Source: a candidate division FCPU426 bacterium
Lineage (GTDB): Bacteria; Oederibacteriota; Muellerivitia; Muellerivitales; Muellerivitaceae
Length of the DNA stretch: 64,000 bases
Direction of reading: 5' to 3'
NCBI GenBank assembly: GCA_963738405.1
Contig: CAVTWJ010000001.1
Location: 96,001 to 160,000, forward strand
Position numbers and translations under genes: made by a program. Every line of letters starts with the position of its first letter. Position 1 is the stretch's first letter. This document shows, piece after piece, positions 55,832-64,000 of the stretch. Below the pieces are notes generated by a model. It did no database searches, was not told the origin of the DNA, and was given only the letters and a program-made list of their open reading frames with translations.

Positions 55832-56007
55832 TAAATCCTGAAAATCTTAAAATTTATCCAAAGGGTTTGTTAACCCTGGAATGTTTTTTCCCCTGATTTC
55901 ATTGGCAGTTTTTGGTTTTTTTTTCTATACTGCCCCGGTTTTTCGCTGTAAAGAGACCGCTTTCGACTATTGTCTTGTGATAAATCCCATCCCTTGAAAG
56001 GTTTTCC

Positions 56008-57309
56008 GTGACTGCTCAAAAGATGATGGCCATCTTGGTGTTGCTTTTGGTTTTTGGATGTATTTATGCCCTCTACCCGCCTTCCCAAAAGCTTAAGCTG
56101 GGATTGGATATTCGGGGTGGGTTACATATGAACCTGACCGTTGACCGGGACAAAATGCAGGGAAAAACCGAGCAGGAAATCTCGGACGCGGCCGACAGGG
56201 CCTTGGAAATTCTGAGAAATCGAGTTGATGGCCTGGGTGTCAGCGAACCTGTTCTTGAAAGGGATGGAACAGATGGAATCGTTATCCAATTACCGGGATT
56301 GACCGATTTTAAACGCGCCAGGGAGGTTATCCTTTCAACCGCCCAGTTGGAATTCCGCCTCGTTTCAAACCTTCGGGAAGAAGATTACACTGACAAAGAT
56401 GGGAAAATCGTTACTTCCAAACTTCCTAAGGGGATCACCTATTTCCCCGGTAAGGATGAGGGAAGCTATTTATGCGAGGACGTGCTTTTGACGGGAGCCT
56501 CTCTGGTAGAGGCCAAGGTTACAACCGATTCTTACGGACGGCCTGTTATTTCTTTCAAAATGGACGCAGAGGGCGGGCATAAGTTTGGAGTCATAACAGG
56601 TGAAAATATCAATCGACGGCTTGCCATCATTTTGGATAACAAGGTTTACTCTGCTCCCAATATTCAGACTCGTATACCTGGAGGACAGGGACAAATTACT
56701 GGAAGTTTTACAGATGAAGAAGCAAGAGATTTAGCCCTTATTTTACAGGCTGGCGCATTGCCTGCGCCCTTAAAGGTGACGGGACAGTTTCAAGTGGGCC
56801 CGACCTTGGGAGCTGATTCGGTCAAAAAGGGAACCTGGGCGGCTGTTTATGGTTTGGTCCTAGTGCTGATATTTATGGCGCTTTATTACCAATTGTCCGG
56901 GGTTATTGCTAATGTTGGTCTTTTGGTCAACTTGATATTTTTGATGGGAAGCTTGGCTCTCCTGAAGGCAACCCTGACCCTGCCTGGTATCGCAGGCATC
57001 ATTCTTACATTAGGGTTATCAGTTGATTCGAACGTTCTGATATTTGAACGCATTCGTGAGGAACTTAAAGCAGGAAAAACCATAAGATCCGCCATTGATG
57101 CGGGTTATAACCGAGCCTTGGTCGCTATTATCGATACTCATGTTACGACCTTGATTTCAGCGGCGGTTCTTTTCCAATTCGGAACGGGTCCCATTAAGGG
57201 ATTTGCCGTTACGCTAAGTTTGGGCGTGGCCTTAAGTCTTTTTACCGCCGTCGTTATTACCAAAATGATTTTTGATGCCCGCAAAGAATACCAAAGCTTA
57301 AGTATTTAA
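56008..57309 (+). CDS. secD: Protein translocase subunit SecD
   Basis: LGLDIRGG, RVDGLGVSEP, AGALPAP, VGPTLG, NVLIFERIREE. Confidence 0.96.
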   Translation: MTAQKMMAILVLLLVFGCIYALYPPSQKLKLGLDIRGGLHMNLTVDRDKMQGKTEQEISDAADRALEILRNRVDGLGVSEPVLERDGTDGIVIQLPGLTDFKRAREVILSTAQLEFRLVSNLREEDYTDKDGKIVTSKLPKGITYFPGKDEGSYLCEDVLLTGASLVEAKVTTDSYGRPVISFKMDAEGGHKFGVITGENINRRLAIILDNKVYSAPNIQTRIPGGQGQITGSFTDEEARDLALILQAGALPAPLKVTGQFQVGPTLGADSVKKGTWAAVYGLVLVLIFMALYYQLSGVIANVGLLVNLIFLMGSLALLKATLTLPGIAGIILTLGLSVDSNVLIFERIREELKAGKTIRSAIDAGYNRALVAIIDTHVTTLISAAVLFQFGTGPIKGFAVTLSLGVALSLFTAVVITKMIFDARKEYQSLSI

Positions 57310-57322
57310 AGAACGGAAAGGC

Positions 57323-58264
57323 ATGACGATGATGCTTCAATGGTTTAAAGAACCCAAAATCGACTTTATGAAGTTTCGCAGATTTTTCCTTGCGCTTTCA
57401 GCCCTGGCTTGTTTGGCCGGGTGTTACGCTATCGTTTTGCTTTACCAAGGCAAGGCCAATTTGGGAACGGATTTCGGGGCAGGTGTATTATTAAGGATGT
57501 CATCCCAAACGAGCGTCGATCTCGATCCTATCCGGCAAACGTTAAAGGGGGATGGGTTTCCTGAAGCGCAGATACAGCAAGTGAAAGATGACAGTTCGAA
57601 CGCATTTAAGCTGATCATCAAGATTAAACATGATCCCTCAAAAGCTGTTGGAAGCATTGGAGACGAGGTTTTAACGGTATTTAACAAGAATTTCCCGAAT
57701 GCGCATTTCGTGTTAGATGGGAGTGATGAGGTTGGCCCTGCGGTTTCCCAAAAGCTTCGGGAGGATGCAACCAATGCCTTCATGATCGCCATGTTTGGGA
57801 TATTAATCTATATCGCCTGGCGTTTTGACTTCAAATTCGCAGTGGCCGCTATTATCACGACCTTCCACGACATCCTGGTTATTTTGGGATTTGTCATATT
57901 GACAGGTAGGGAATTCAATCTCTTACAGGTTACGGCCTTATTAACCTTGGCCGGTTATTCACTGAACGATACTGTGGTGAATTTTGACCGAATTCGTGAA
58001 AATATGAAGCTATTGCTCAAGGATAGGTCATTTGCCGATCTCGTGAACTTGAGTATCAATGAAACCTTAAGCCGGACGATCAACACAAGTTTGACTGTAT
58101 TCCTGACCCTTTTGCCCCTCTGCATTATGGGGAGTGACACCTTGAAGGATTTTGCCATGACTCTTTTAGCGGGTGTGATTGTAGGTACCTATTCTTCTGT
58201 ATTTGTCGCGAGCCCCATCTTGGTGGAATGGAACCTTTTTTCAGGCCCAAAAAAGAAGCCCTGA
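57323..58264 (+). CDS. secF: Protein translocase subunit SecF
   Basis: LGTDF, VGPAVS, HD, GYSLNDTVVNFDRIREN, GTYSSVFVA. Confidence 0.96.
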   Translation: MTMMLQWFKEPKIDFMKFRRFFLALSALACLAGCYAIVLLYQGKANLGTDFGAGVLLRMSSQTSVDLDPIRQTLKGDGFPEAQIQQVKDDSSNAFKLIIKIKHDPSKAVGSIGDEVLTVFNKNFPNAHFVLDGSDEVGPAVSQKLREDATNAFMIAMFGILIYIAWRFDFKFAVAAIITTFHDILVILGFVILTGREFNLLQVTALLTLAGYSLNDTVVNFDRIRENMKLLLKDRSFADLVNLSINETLSRTINTSLTVFLTLLPLCIMGSDTLKDFAMTLLAGVIVGTYSSVFVASPILVEWNLFSGPKKKP

Positions 58265-58310
58265 CCCCATCGCATTGGCGGTTTTTCCTGCCGCCCAAAG
58301 GAAATTCCTG

Positions 58311-58982
58311 GTGAGTTTCGCCCAGAGATTCAGCGAGATACGCGGTCGAATTGCTGAAGCGGCCGTTCGGTCAGGCCGAAATCCTGAAGGAGTAACCCTT
58401 TTAGGGGTCACGAAGTCCTTTCCACCTCCCGTGATTCAGGAAGCCTATGATGGCGGGCTTCGGCTTTTTGGCGAGAATCGCGTTCAGGAATTCTTGGAAA
58501 AAGTTTCGCATTTGCCCTCCGACATCCATTGGCATTTCATAGGGCAACTTCAAACCAATAAAATTAATAAAATTATAGGTCAGGTTGAATTAGTCCATTC
58601 CATCGATTCAATGGAAATGGCCCAAGCATTATCCAAAAGGTTGTTAGGAACAACCCAGGATATTTTGTTAGAGGTGAATACTTCAGGTGAAACGACAAAA
58701 TCAGGGGTCAAACCTGAAGAGACCTTAAGTCTTATGAGGGGAATCATAGGGTTGCCAGGAATTCATTTAAGGGGTCTCATGACGGTTGGCCCTTTGACAG
58801 AAAATAAAACTAAACAGAATGAAGCGTTTAAAGTTTTGAAGGGTCTGTTCGAACAAGCCTCCGCAGAAATGGGTCCTGGGTTGGATACCCTTTCCATGGG
58901 AATGAGCGGGGATTTTGAAATGGCTATCGAAGAAGGCTCCACGCTGGTTAGGCTAGGTAGCGCATTGTTTGGAAAGAGATGA
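58311..58982 (+). CDS. yggS: PLP-homeostasis protein YggS
   Basis: GVTK, FGENRVQE, WHFIGQLQTNK, LSMGMSGDF. Confidence 0.95.
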   Translation: MSFAQRFSEIRGRIAEAAVRSGRNPEGVTLLGVTKSFPPPVIQEAYDGGLRLFGENRVQEFLEKVSHLPSDIHWHFIGQLQTNKINKIIGQVELVHSIDSMEMAQALSKRLLGTTQDILLEVNTSGETTKSGVKPEETLSLMRGIIGLPGIHLRGLMTVGPLTENKTKQNEAFKVLKGLFEQASAEMGPGLDTLSMGMSGDFEMAIEEGSTLVRLGSALFGKR

Positions 58983-59043
58983 TAAAAATCGGTTCTTTTC
59001 TTGTTCTGTGGGCTATTAGAATGTCTTTCATTGGGAAAGGTTT

Positions 59044-59868
59044 ATGAAAAACAAACAAAAAACAGTTGTTTTGGGATTTGGGGCAATGGGAAGCGCCTTG
59101 GTCAAGGGGTGGGTCAGTAAGAGGTTATTGTCATCTTCCCAAATTACAGCAGTTGATATCGATCGGGAAAAACTGAATAAAATAGCTAAACCACTAAAAG
59201 TAAAAACTCAAACCGATCCCGGTAAGGCGCTGATCAATGCATCCCTCGTTCTCCTTGCGGTAAAGCCTCAACAAATGAAGCAACTCCTCGCTGAAAATGG
59301 GACGGCGTTTCCACCAAATGCTTTAGTTGTCTCCATTGCCGCTGGAGTTTCCACGCGACAGATTGAAATGGCTCTCCCGCAGGGATGTCCCGTCGTGCGA
59401 GTCATGCCCAATACTCCCGCTTTGCTAGGCGAGGGTATGGCTGCGGTGGCTGGAGGCAAACGAGCAAAAAAAGAGAATATTCAACATGTTCTGAACCTGT
59501 TTTCTGCCGTGGGAAAAGCTGTTGAGGTAAGGGAAGACCAAATGGACATGGTGACAGCGGTTTCGGGAAGTGGACCCGCATACTTTTTTCATATGGTTGA
59601 GGTTATGACCGAGGCAGGGATTAAAGGCGGTTTGAGCCCTGAGATTTCCCAATTATTAGTTTCGCAAACCGCGTTGGGCGCTGCCCGGATGATTTTAGAA
59701 TCTCATAAAACCCCTACGGAATTGCGAATTCAGGTTACTTCGCCAGGCGGAACGACTCAGGTCGCTCTTGAGACAATGACCAAGAGAGGCTTTAGTAAAA
59801 TAGTGGAAGAGGCTATTCAAGCGGCGGCTCGTCGTGGCGGGGAACTTCGAAGGATGAGTGAATCGTGA
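59044..59868 (+). CDS. proC: Pyrroline-5-carboxylate reductase
   Basis: GFGAMG, AVKPQ, RVMPNTP, SGSGPAY, VTSPGGTT. Confidence 0.96.
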   Translation: MKNKQKTVVLGFGAMGSALVKGWVSKRLLSSSQITAVDIDREKLNKIAKPLKVKTQTDPGKALINASLVLLAVKPQQMKQLLAENGTAFPPNALVVSIAAGVSTRQIEMALPQGCPVVRVMPNTPALLGEGMAAVAGGKRAKKENIQHVLNLFSAVGKAVEVREDQMDMVTAVSGSGPAYFFHMVEVMTEAGIKGGLSPEISQLLVSQTALGAARMILESHKTPTELRIQVTSPGGTTQVALETMTKRGFSKIVEEAIQAAARRGGELRRMSES

Positions 59869-60137
59869 GCTTATTCGCTCTTATTTTGATTCTGCTGTGT
59901 TACGGTTATGCTTTTATTTTAATGTTGGAGTGGCTTTTGCATGCGCTCCCCGGAAGATATCTAAATGCCTCTCGGCGAATTTTCTTTTTCTTAGGTTTTC
60001 CTTTACTGCAAACAGGCTGGGGTTGGTTTTCGTTCCAATGGTTAGGCTTTGAAAGCCGCGGATTGGGGTTAGCTTTCACGCTTTGGATCATCGGGCGATT
60101 TGCTGTTCCTTGGTTTGTTTTGTGGGTTTTCGCCTGA
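59865..60137 (+). CDS. Divergent YggT-like membrane protein
   Basis: 90-aa hydrophobic ORF in the yggT position between proC and DUF167. Confidence 0.55.
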   Translation: MSLFALILILLCYGYAFILMLEWLLHALPGRYLNASRRIFFFLGFPLLQTGWGWFSFQWLGFESRGLGLAFTLWIIGRFAVPWFVLWVFA

Positions 60138-60149
60138 AAGGAGGATGAA

Positions 60150-60470
60150 TTGGATTTTGAAGGTGTTTTGCGACAAAAGGACGATAAATGTTTTTTGTCC
60201 ATAAAAATAATACCAAGATCTTCTCTGAATAAATTGATAGGTATTGAAAACAGAGAATTGAAGATAAAAGTTAAGGCTCCGCCCGTGGAGGGCGCGGCCA
60301 ACGAAATGATCTTGGAGTTTCTGTCGGAAATGTTGGGGCTGCCAACAAACAAATTATCGGTAGAGCGAGGGAAAACATCTCGGCACAAGGTAATACAAAT
60401 CAGTGGTATGGGCCTCCAACAAATTTTAAAAACCTTCGAAAAATTGCTGAAAAAGGTTGAGGGAGAATAA
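60150..60470 (+). CDS. yggU: DUF167 (YggU) protein
   Basis: LKIKVKAPPVEGAAN, G.TSRHK. Confidence 0.9.
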   Translation: MDFEGVLRQKDDKCFLSIKIIPRSSLNKLIGIENRELKIKVKAPPVEGAANEMILEFLSEMLGLPTNKLSVERGKTSRHKVIQISGMGLQQILKTFEKLLKKVEGE

Positions 60471-60473
60471 CAA

Positions 60474-61298
60474 ATGGAACTTTTTGAACAAATTCAAGAA
60501 TCGACAAAAACGATTAAGGAAAATATCAAAGCCTCCCCTAAAGTGGGAATTATTTTGGGAACAGGTTTAGGGGCGCTGGCCAAGGAGATCAAGAATCCAA
60601 AAGTCATAGAATATGAAAAAATCCCCCATTTCCCCTTATCCACAGTTGAGTCCCATGCTGGAGAATTGGTGTTTGGTCTTTTAGGAAATACGGAAGTGGT
60701 TGCAATGAGAGGAAGGTTCCATCGGTATGAAGGCTATAGCCTGCAACAGGTGACTTTTCCAGTGAGAGTCATGAAAGAATTAGGTGTGAAATTTCTGTTG
60801 GTTTCAAATGCATGCGGAGGCATGAACCGTAGGTATCGACCGGGAGACCTCATGATTATTGAGGATCACATCAATATGATGGGGGACAACCCTCTTTTGG
60901 GAAAAAATGATGATCGATTGGGCCCCCGTTGGCCGGACATGATTGAGCCTTATTCCATGGAACTGATCGCTTTAACTGAAAAAATTGCTTGGGAAAAGCG
61001 GATTCCAGTCCGAAAAGGGGTCTATGTAGCTGTTACAGGCCCCAATCTTGAGACTCGGGCGGAATACCGATGGCTTTCAACAATGGCAGATGTAGTAGGC
61101 ATGTCGACTGTGCCAGAGGTAATCGTAGCCGTGCACGCGGGGTTGAAGGTTTTAGGCATATCTGTTGTAACGGATAAATGTGTGGCAGATACCTTAGAAC
61201 CTGCTGATATTACTCAAATTATTAAACATGCCCAGGAAGCCGAACCTAAGTTGACTGTTTTAATGAAGGAAGTTGCTATTGCATTGGAAAACAAGTGA
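60474..61298 (+). CDS. punA: Purine-nucleoside phosphorylase
   Basis: ILGTGLG, STVESHAG, GRFHRYEGY, GPNLETRAEY, VGMSTVPE. Confidence 0.93.
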   Translation: MELFEQIQESTKTIKENIKASPKVGIILGTGLGALAKEIKNPKVIEYEKIPHFPLSTVESHAGELVFGLLGNTEVVAMRGRFHRYEGYSLQQVTFPVRVMKELGVKFLLVSNACGGMNRRYRPGDLMIIEDHINMMGDNPLLGKNDDRLGPRWPDMIEPYSMELIALTEKIAWEKRIPVRKGVYVAVTGPNLETRAEYRWLSTMADVVGMSTVPEVIVAVHAGLKVLGISVVTDKCVADTLEPADITQIIKHAQEAEPKLTVLMKEVAIALENK

Positions 61299-61316
61299 AT
61301 AAGTTGAGGAAAAATT

Positions 61317-62387
61317 ATGCCTGAGGCCCTTAAACCCATCCGATGGAAAAACGGTGTTTTGTATCTTTTGGAGCAAAGACTGCTGCCTTTTAAAGAAGTT
61401 TGGGTTAAGTGCAATACGGTTGAAAAAACCGCAAGGGCCATAGAGGAAATGACGGTTCGAGGCGCACCGGCCATTGGAATAACAGCCGCGTACGGTGTGG
61501 CCGTCGGGGCATGGCTTATTCGAACATCTTCCCCCGGAATGTTTGTAAATAAAGTTGGAAAAGATATAGTCCGGTTAAGGAAGACACGGCCTACCGCCGT
61601 CAATCTTTTTTGGGCTTTGGATCGAATGCAAAATTGTTTATCCGGAAACGCAAGAGAGCCTGTGTGGATTCAAAAAAATGCCCTGGAACAAGTTGCTCTG
61701 GCTATTCATAGCGAAGATCAAGCATTGTGTAATCATTTGGGCCGCATTGGCGCTTCGGCTTTGAAGGGCTGTAACCAAGTTTTGACCCATTGTAATACCG
61801 GGGCGCTGGCAACGGGCGGACAAGGAACGGCCTTGGCGGGTATTCTGCAAGCGGCAAAACGAAACAAAAGATTTCATGTTTGGGTCGATGAAACGAGACC
61901 CTATTTACAAGGCGCACGATTGACGGCTTTTGAGTTAGCCCATGCTAAAATTCCTTTCCATCTCATTACAGATAATATGTCCGCTTTTTTGATGAAAAAG
62001 AAAATGGTAGATGCGGTTATTGTCGGCGCGGATCGAATTGTTGAAAACGGGGATACGGCTAACAAAATTGGCACCTATGCCCTGGCGGTTTTAGCACAAG
62101 CTCACGGCATTCCTTTTTTCGTCTCCGCGCCTACGACTACCTTGGACTTAACAAAAAAAACGGGTGAAGAAATTGTCATCGAACAACGCAACCCTAGAGA
62201 GGTAACTCATCCTCAGGGTTATCCGATCGCTAAGGCGGAGTATCCAGTTTATAACCCGGCCTTTGATGTGACTCCTGGAAACCTTATCACGGGAATTATC
62301 CTTGAAACGGGAATTTGTCGACGGCCCTATATTTCATCTCTTCGATCAGCTTTTAACCGAGCGCAATTGAAAAAACGACCAATATGA
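61317..62387 (+). CDS. mtnA: S-methyl-5-thioribose-1-phosphate isomerase
   Basis: VRGAPAIG, RPTAVNL, THCNTGALAT, ETRPYLQGARLT, NKIGTY, NPAFDVTP. Confidence 0.95.
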   Translation: MPEALKPIRWKNGVLYLLEQRLLPFKEVWVKCNTVEKTARAIEEMTVRGAPAIGITAAYGVAVGAWLIRTSSPGMFVNKVGKDIVRLRKTRPTAVNLFWALDRMQNCLSGNAREPVWIQKNALEQVALAIHSEDQALCNHLGRIGASALKGCNQVLTHCNTGALATGGQGTALAGILQAAKRNKRFHVWVDETRPYLQGARLTAFELAHAKIPFHLITDNMSAFLMKKKMVDAVIVGADRIVENGDTANKIGTYALAVLAQAHGIPFFVSAPTTTLDLTKKTGEEIVIEQRNPREVTHPQGYPIAKAEYPVYNPAFDVTPGNLITGIILETGICRRPYISSLRSAFNRAQLKKRPI

Positions 62388-62800
62388 ATTTGGAGAACAA
62401 GAAGACGGCTCGATTTTTTCAAGACGAGCGGTATTGTATTTGTTGCGGTGAGCGAAACCCATGGGGTTTTAAAATGAGTTTTAGATTTGTGGATGAGCGA
62501 GTATTGTCCGAAGTGATTATCCCTAAAGAATTTCAGGGTTTTTCGAATGTTGTTCATGGGGGGGTGGGTGTTTTGTTGGACGAAATGATGGTTAATCTGC
62601 ATTGGTTGAAAGGGATCAAGGTTGTGACGGCAGAGTATCAGGTACGCTTGAAGGCCCCTTGCCCAGTTCATCAGAAGATCCATCTTTCGGCTTGGAGTTT
62701 GGAAAAGCGAAGAAAGATATACATGACTGCTGCCGAGGCACATCTTGACGATGGAACGCAAGTAGCTGAAGCTCAAGCGAAATGCATGGTTTTTGATTAA
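62384..62800 (+). CDS. PaaI family thioesterase
   Basis: C..CG..NP.G, FQGF..VVHGG...LLDE. Confidence 0.85.
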   Translation: MNLENKKTARFFQDERYCICCGERNPWGFKMSFRFVDERVLSEVIIPKEFQGFSNVVHGGVGVLLDEMMVNLHWLKGIKVVTAEYQVRLKAPCPVHQKIHLSAWSLEKRRKIYMTAAEAHLDDGTQVAEAQAKCMVFD

Positions 62801-62899
62801 ACATTTTCAATTATTTTTCTTTTCTTAAAGAGATTCCTGTTAAACTATGGGCGAAAAAAAGGCCCTGGCCTATCGTCAATTCGACTTGGAGGATTTGTA

Positions 62900-63004
62900 A
62901 TGCCTTGTGGTAAGAAACGGCACCGCGCCAAAATTAAAACTCACAAACGTAAGAAACATCGCCGCAAGATGCGGGCCTTGCTGCGTCGGCAAGGCAGACT
63001 GTAA
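62900..63004 (+). CDS. Small basic protein, AURKAIP1/COX24 (bS22-like ribosomal protein) family
   Basis: GGAGG RBS; MPCGKKRHRAKIKTHKRKKHRRKMRALLRRQGRL; too short for the ORF track. Confidence 0.8.
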   Translation: MPCGKKRHRAKIKTHKRKKHRRKMRALLRRQGRL

Positions 63005-63015
63005 ACTTTTTCCTT

Positions 63016-64000
63016 GTGCAAAAATCCAAAAACGCATGGTTGCTTTCTGGGCTAAGATTTTGCTTTGTTGCTTTAGCCTTACTACTGGCGGCAAGCGGCG
63101 TTTGTGTTAGACCTTTGGAGGATGTTTTTTCTTTCTGGCTGGTGCTTGCTTGGGCGGGATCTTTTTCTAGTGTTTTTTTATTGATGCGGTTGAAATTACT
63201 GGGGGGATCCCAAGCCCATCCCTTGTTTTGGGTTTTGTCTACCACCCTTCTTTTGGAATTGTTGACCCAATCCACCGGCGGTAATCAATCGCCCCTTCTT
63301 TTTTCATTTTTTTTGATGATGGGTGTGGCGTCGTGGGAAGGGAAAAGCTTTTATGCCTTTGCGGTCGCATTTGTTTATTGTCTTTGCGACGCTTTAGCCC
63401 TACGACATTCCATTTCGTTTGATAGTTATTCCCTCTATCTCCGATGGATTGCCTTTTTTATCACGGCCTTTTTTCTGTCTAAAATTGTACAAATTCGAAG
63501 CGATAAAGAAAAACTAAATCAAAAACTTGTGGCGTTGAAGACCGAAGCGGATCAGTTGGCGCTTTCTTCCGAACCCGGAGCTTTTGAAATTTCTTCAAAC
63601 CAAACCTTCGCCATGGAAAATCGCATGAGTGCGAGGGTGGGCACGGTTATGGAGTTAGAAAATTCCCTGGAGCGTCAACTTACTCTTTTTAGGTTAGAAA
63701 GTGGGGTCCAGACCGCGGCTTGTTTTCTGTTAACATCCATTGAGGAAAAGGATGTATTGCGGTTGAAGGCCTATTCCAGCGTTTCTGCTGATGTGGCATC
63801 GGATATTACCCTGTTTCCAGGCGAGACTTTGATTGGGTTAGCGGTTAAAGAAAAACGTAAAGTGCTATTAAATCAAATGCCTTTGGATAGCGCTAAGGCT
63901 CTGCCCTATTACCTTAAACATCAACCCGTCGGGTCCTTTTTATCCGTTCCGTTATTTATCAAATTTGACCTCGATCCATCCAAAACTTCGGGGGACGGGG
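63016..64000 (+). CDS. Membrane sensor with GAF domain, runs off the window (possibly a diguanylate cyclase or kinase)
   Basis: Frame from GTG 63016: several TM helices with TGGNQSP, then GAF-like GETLIGLAVKEKRKVLL...LPYY...GSFLSVPL; output domain not visible. Confidence 0.7.
   Translation, partial: MQKSKNAWLLSGLRFCFVALALLLAASGVCVRPLEDVFSFWLVLAWAGSFSSVFLLMRLKLLGGSQAHPLFWVLSTTLLLELLTQSTGGNQSPLLFSFFLMMGVASWEGKSFYAFAVAFVYCLCDALALRHSISFDSYSLYLRWIAFFITAFFLSKIVQIRSDKEKLNQKLVALKTEADQLALSSEPGAFEISSNQTFAMENRMSARVGTVMELENSLERQLTLFRLESGVQTAACFLLTSIEEKDVLRLKAYSSVSADVASDITLFPGETLIGLAVKEKRKVLLNQMPLDSAKALPYYLKHQPVGSFLSVPLFIKFDLDPSKTSGDG

Noticed and set aside
62554..62584. Thioesterase HGG-to-DE spacing one residue shorter than usual, at a G-run
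   Set aside because: Frame is intact; cannot be distinguished from natural variation without an alignment

Overview
Bacterial (diderm) chromosomal window with two parts. About 0.2-28 kb is accessory. It holds a 5.6-kb TonB-receptor/YfiR/histidine-kinase/response-regulator block between a truncated and an intact copy of a GNAT gene, and an unusual 725-aa ParB-like protein with a predicted membrane anchor and extra C-terminal domains. That gene is followed by four perfect palindromes, two of them within an ORF6N-like gene remnant. The region also has three toxin-antitoxin pairs (higB broken by a 77-bp double-hairpin insertion), secreted or membrane hypotheticals, and a nitric-oxide detoxification cluster (qNOR, hemerythrin-like protein, Crp/Fnr regulator, Ric) with two well-positioned Crp/Fnr boxes. 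About 28-64 kb is mostly housekeeping or envelope genes: bioA, rimO-pgsA-pgpA-cinA-thpR, polytopic glycosyltransferase-like proteins, a TPR-PBP fusion, an MBL-cNMP protein, a 1.44-kaa expansin-like Thr/Pro-rich protein, trxA plus a secreted paralog, secDF, yggS-proC-yggT-yggU-punA-mtnA, a 34-aa bS22-like ORF and a truncated GAF sensor. Many genes look leaderless, and GC falls towards the right end. No rRNA, tRNA, CRISPR array, integrase or transposase was seen. All family assignments come from motif recognition by eye; no database searches were run.
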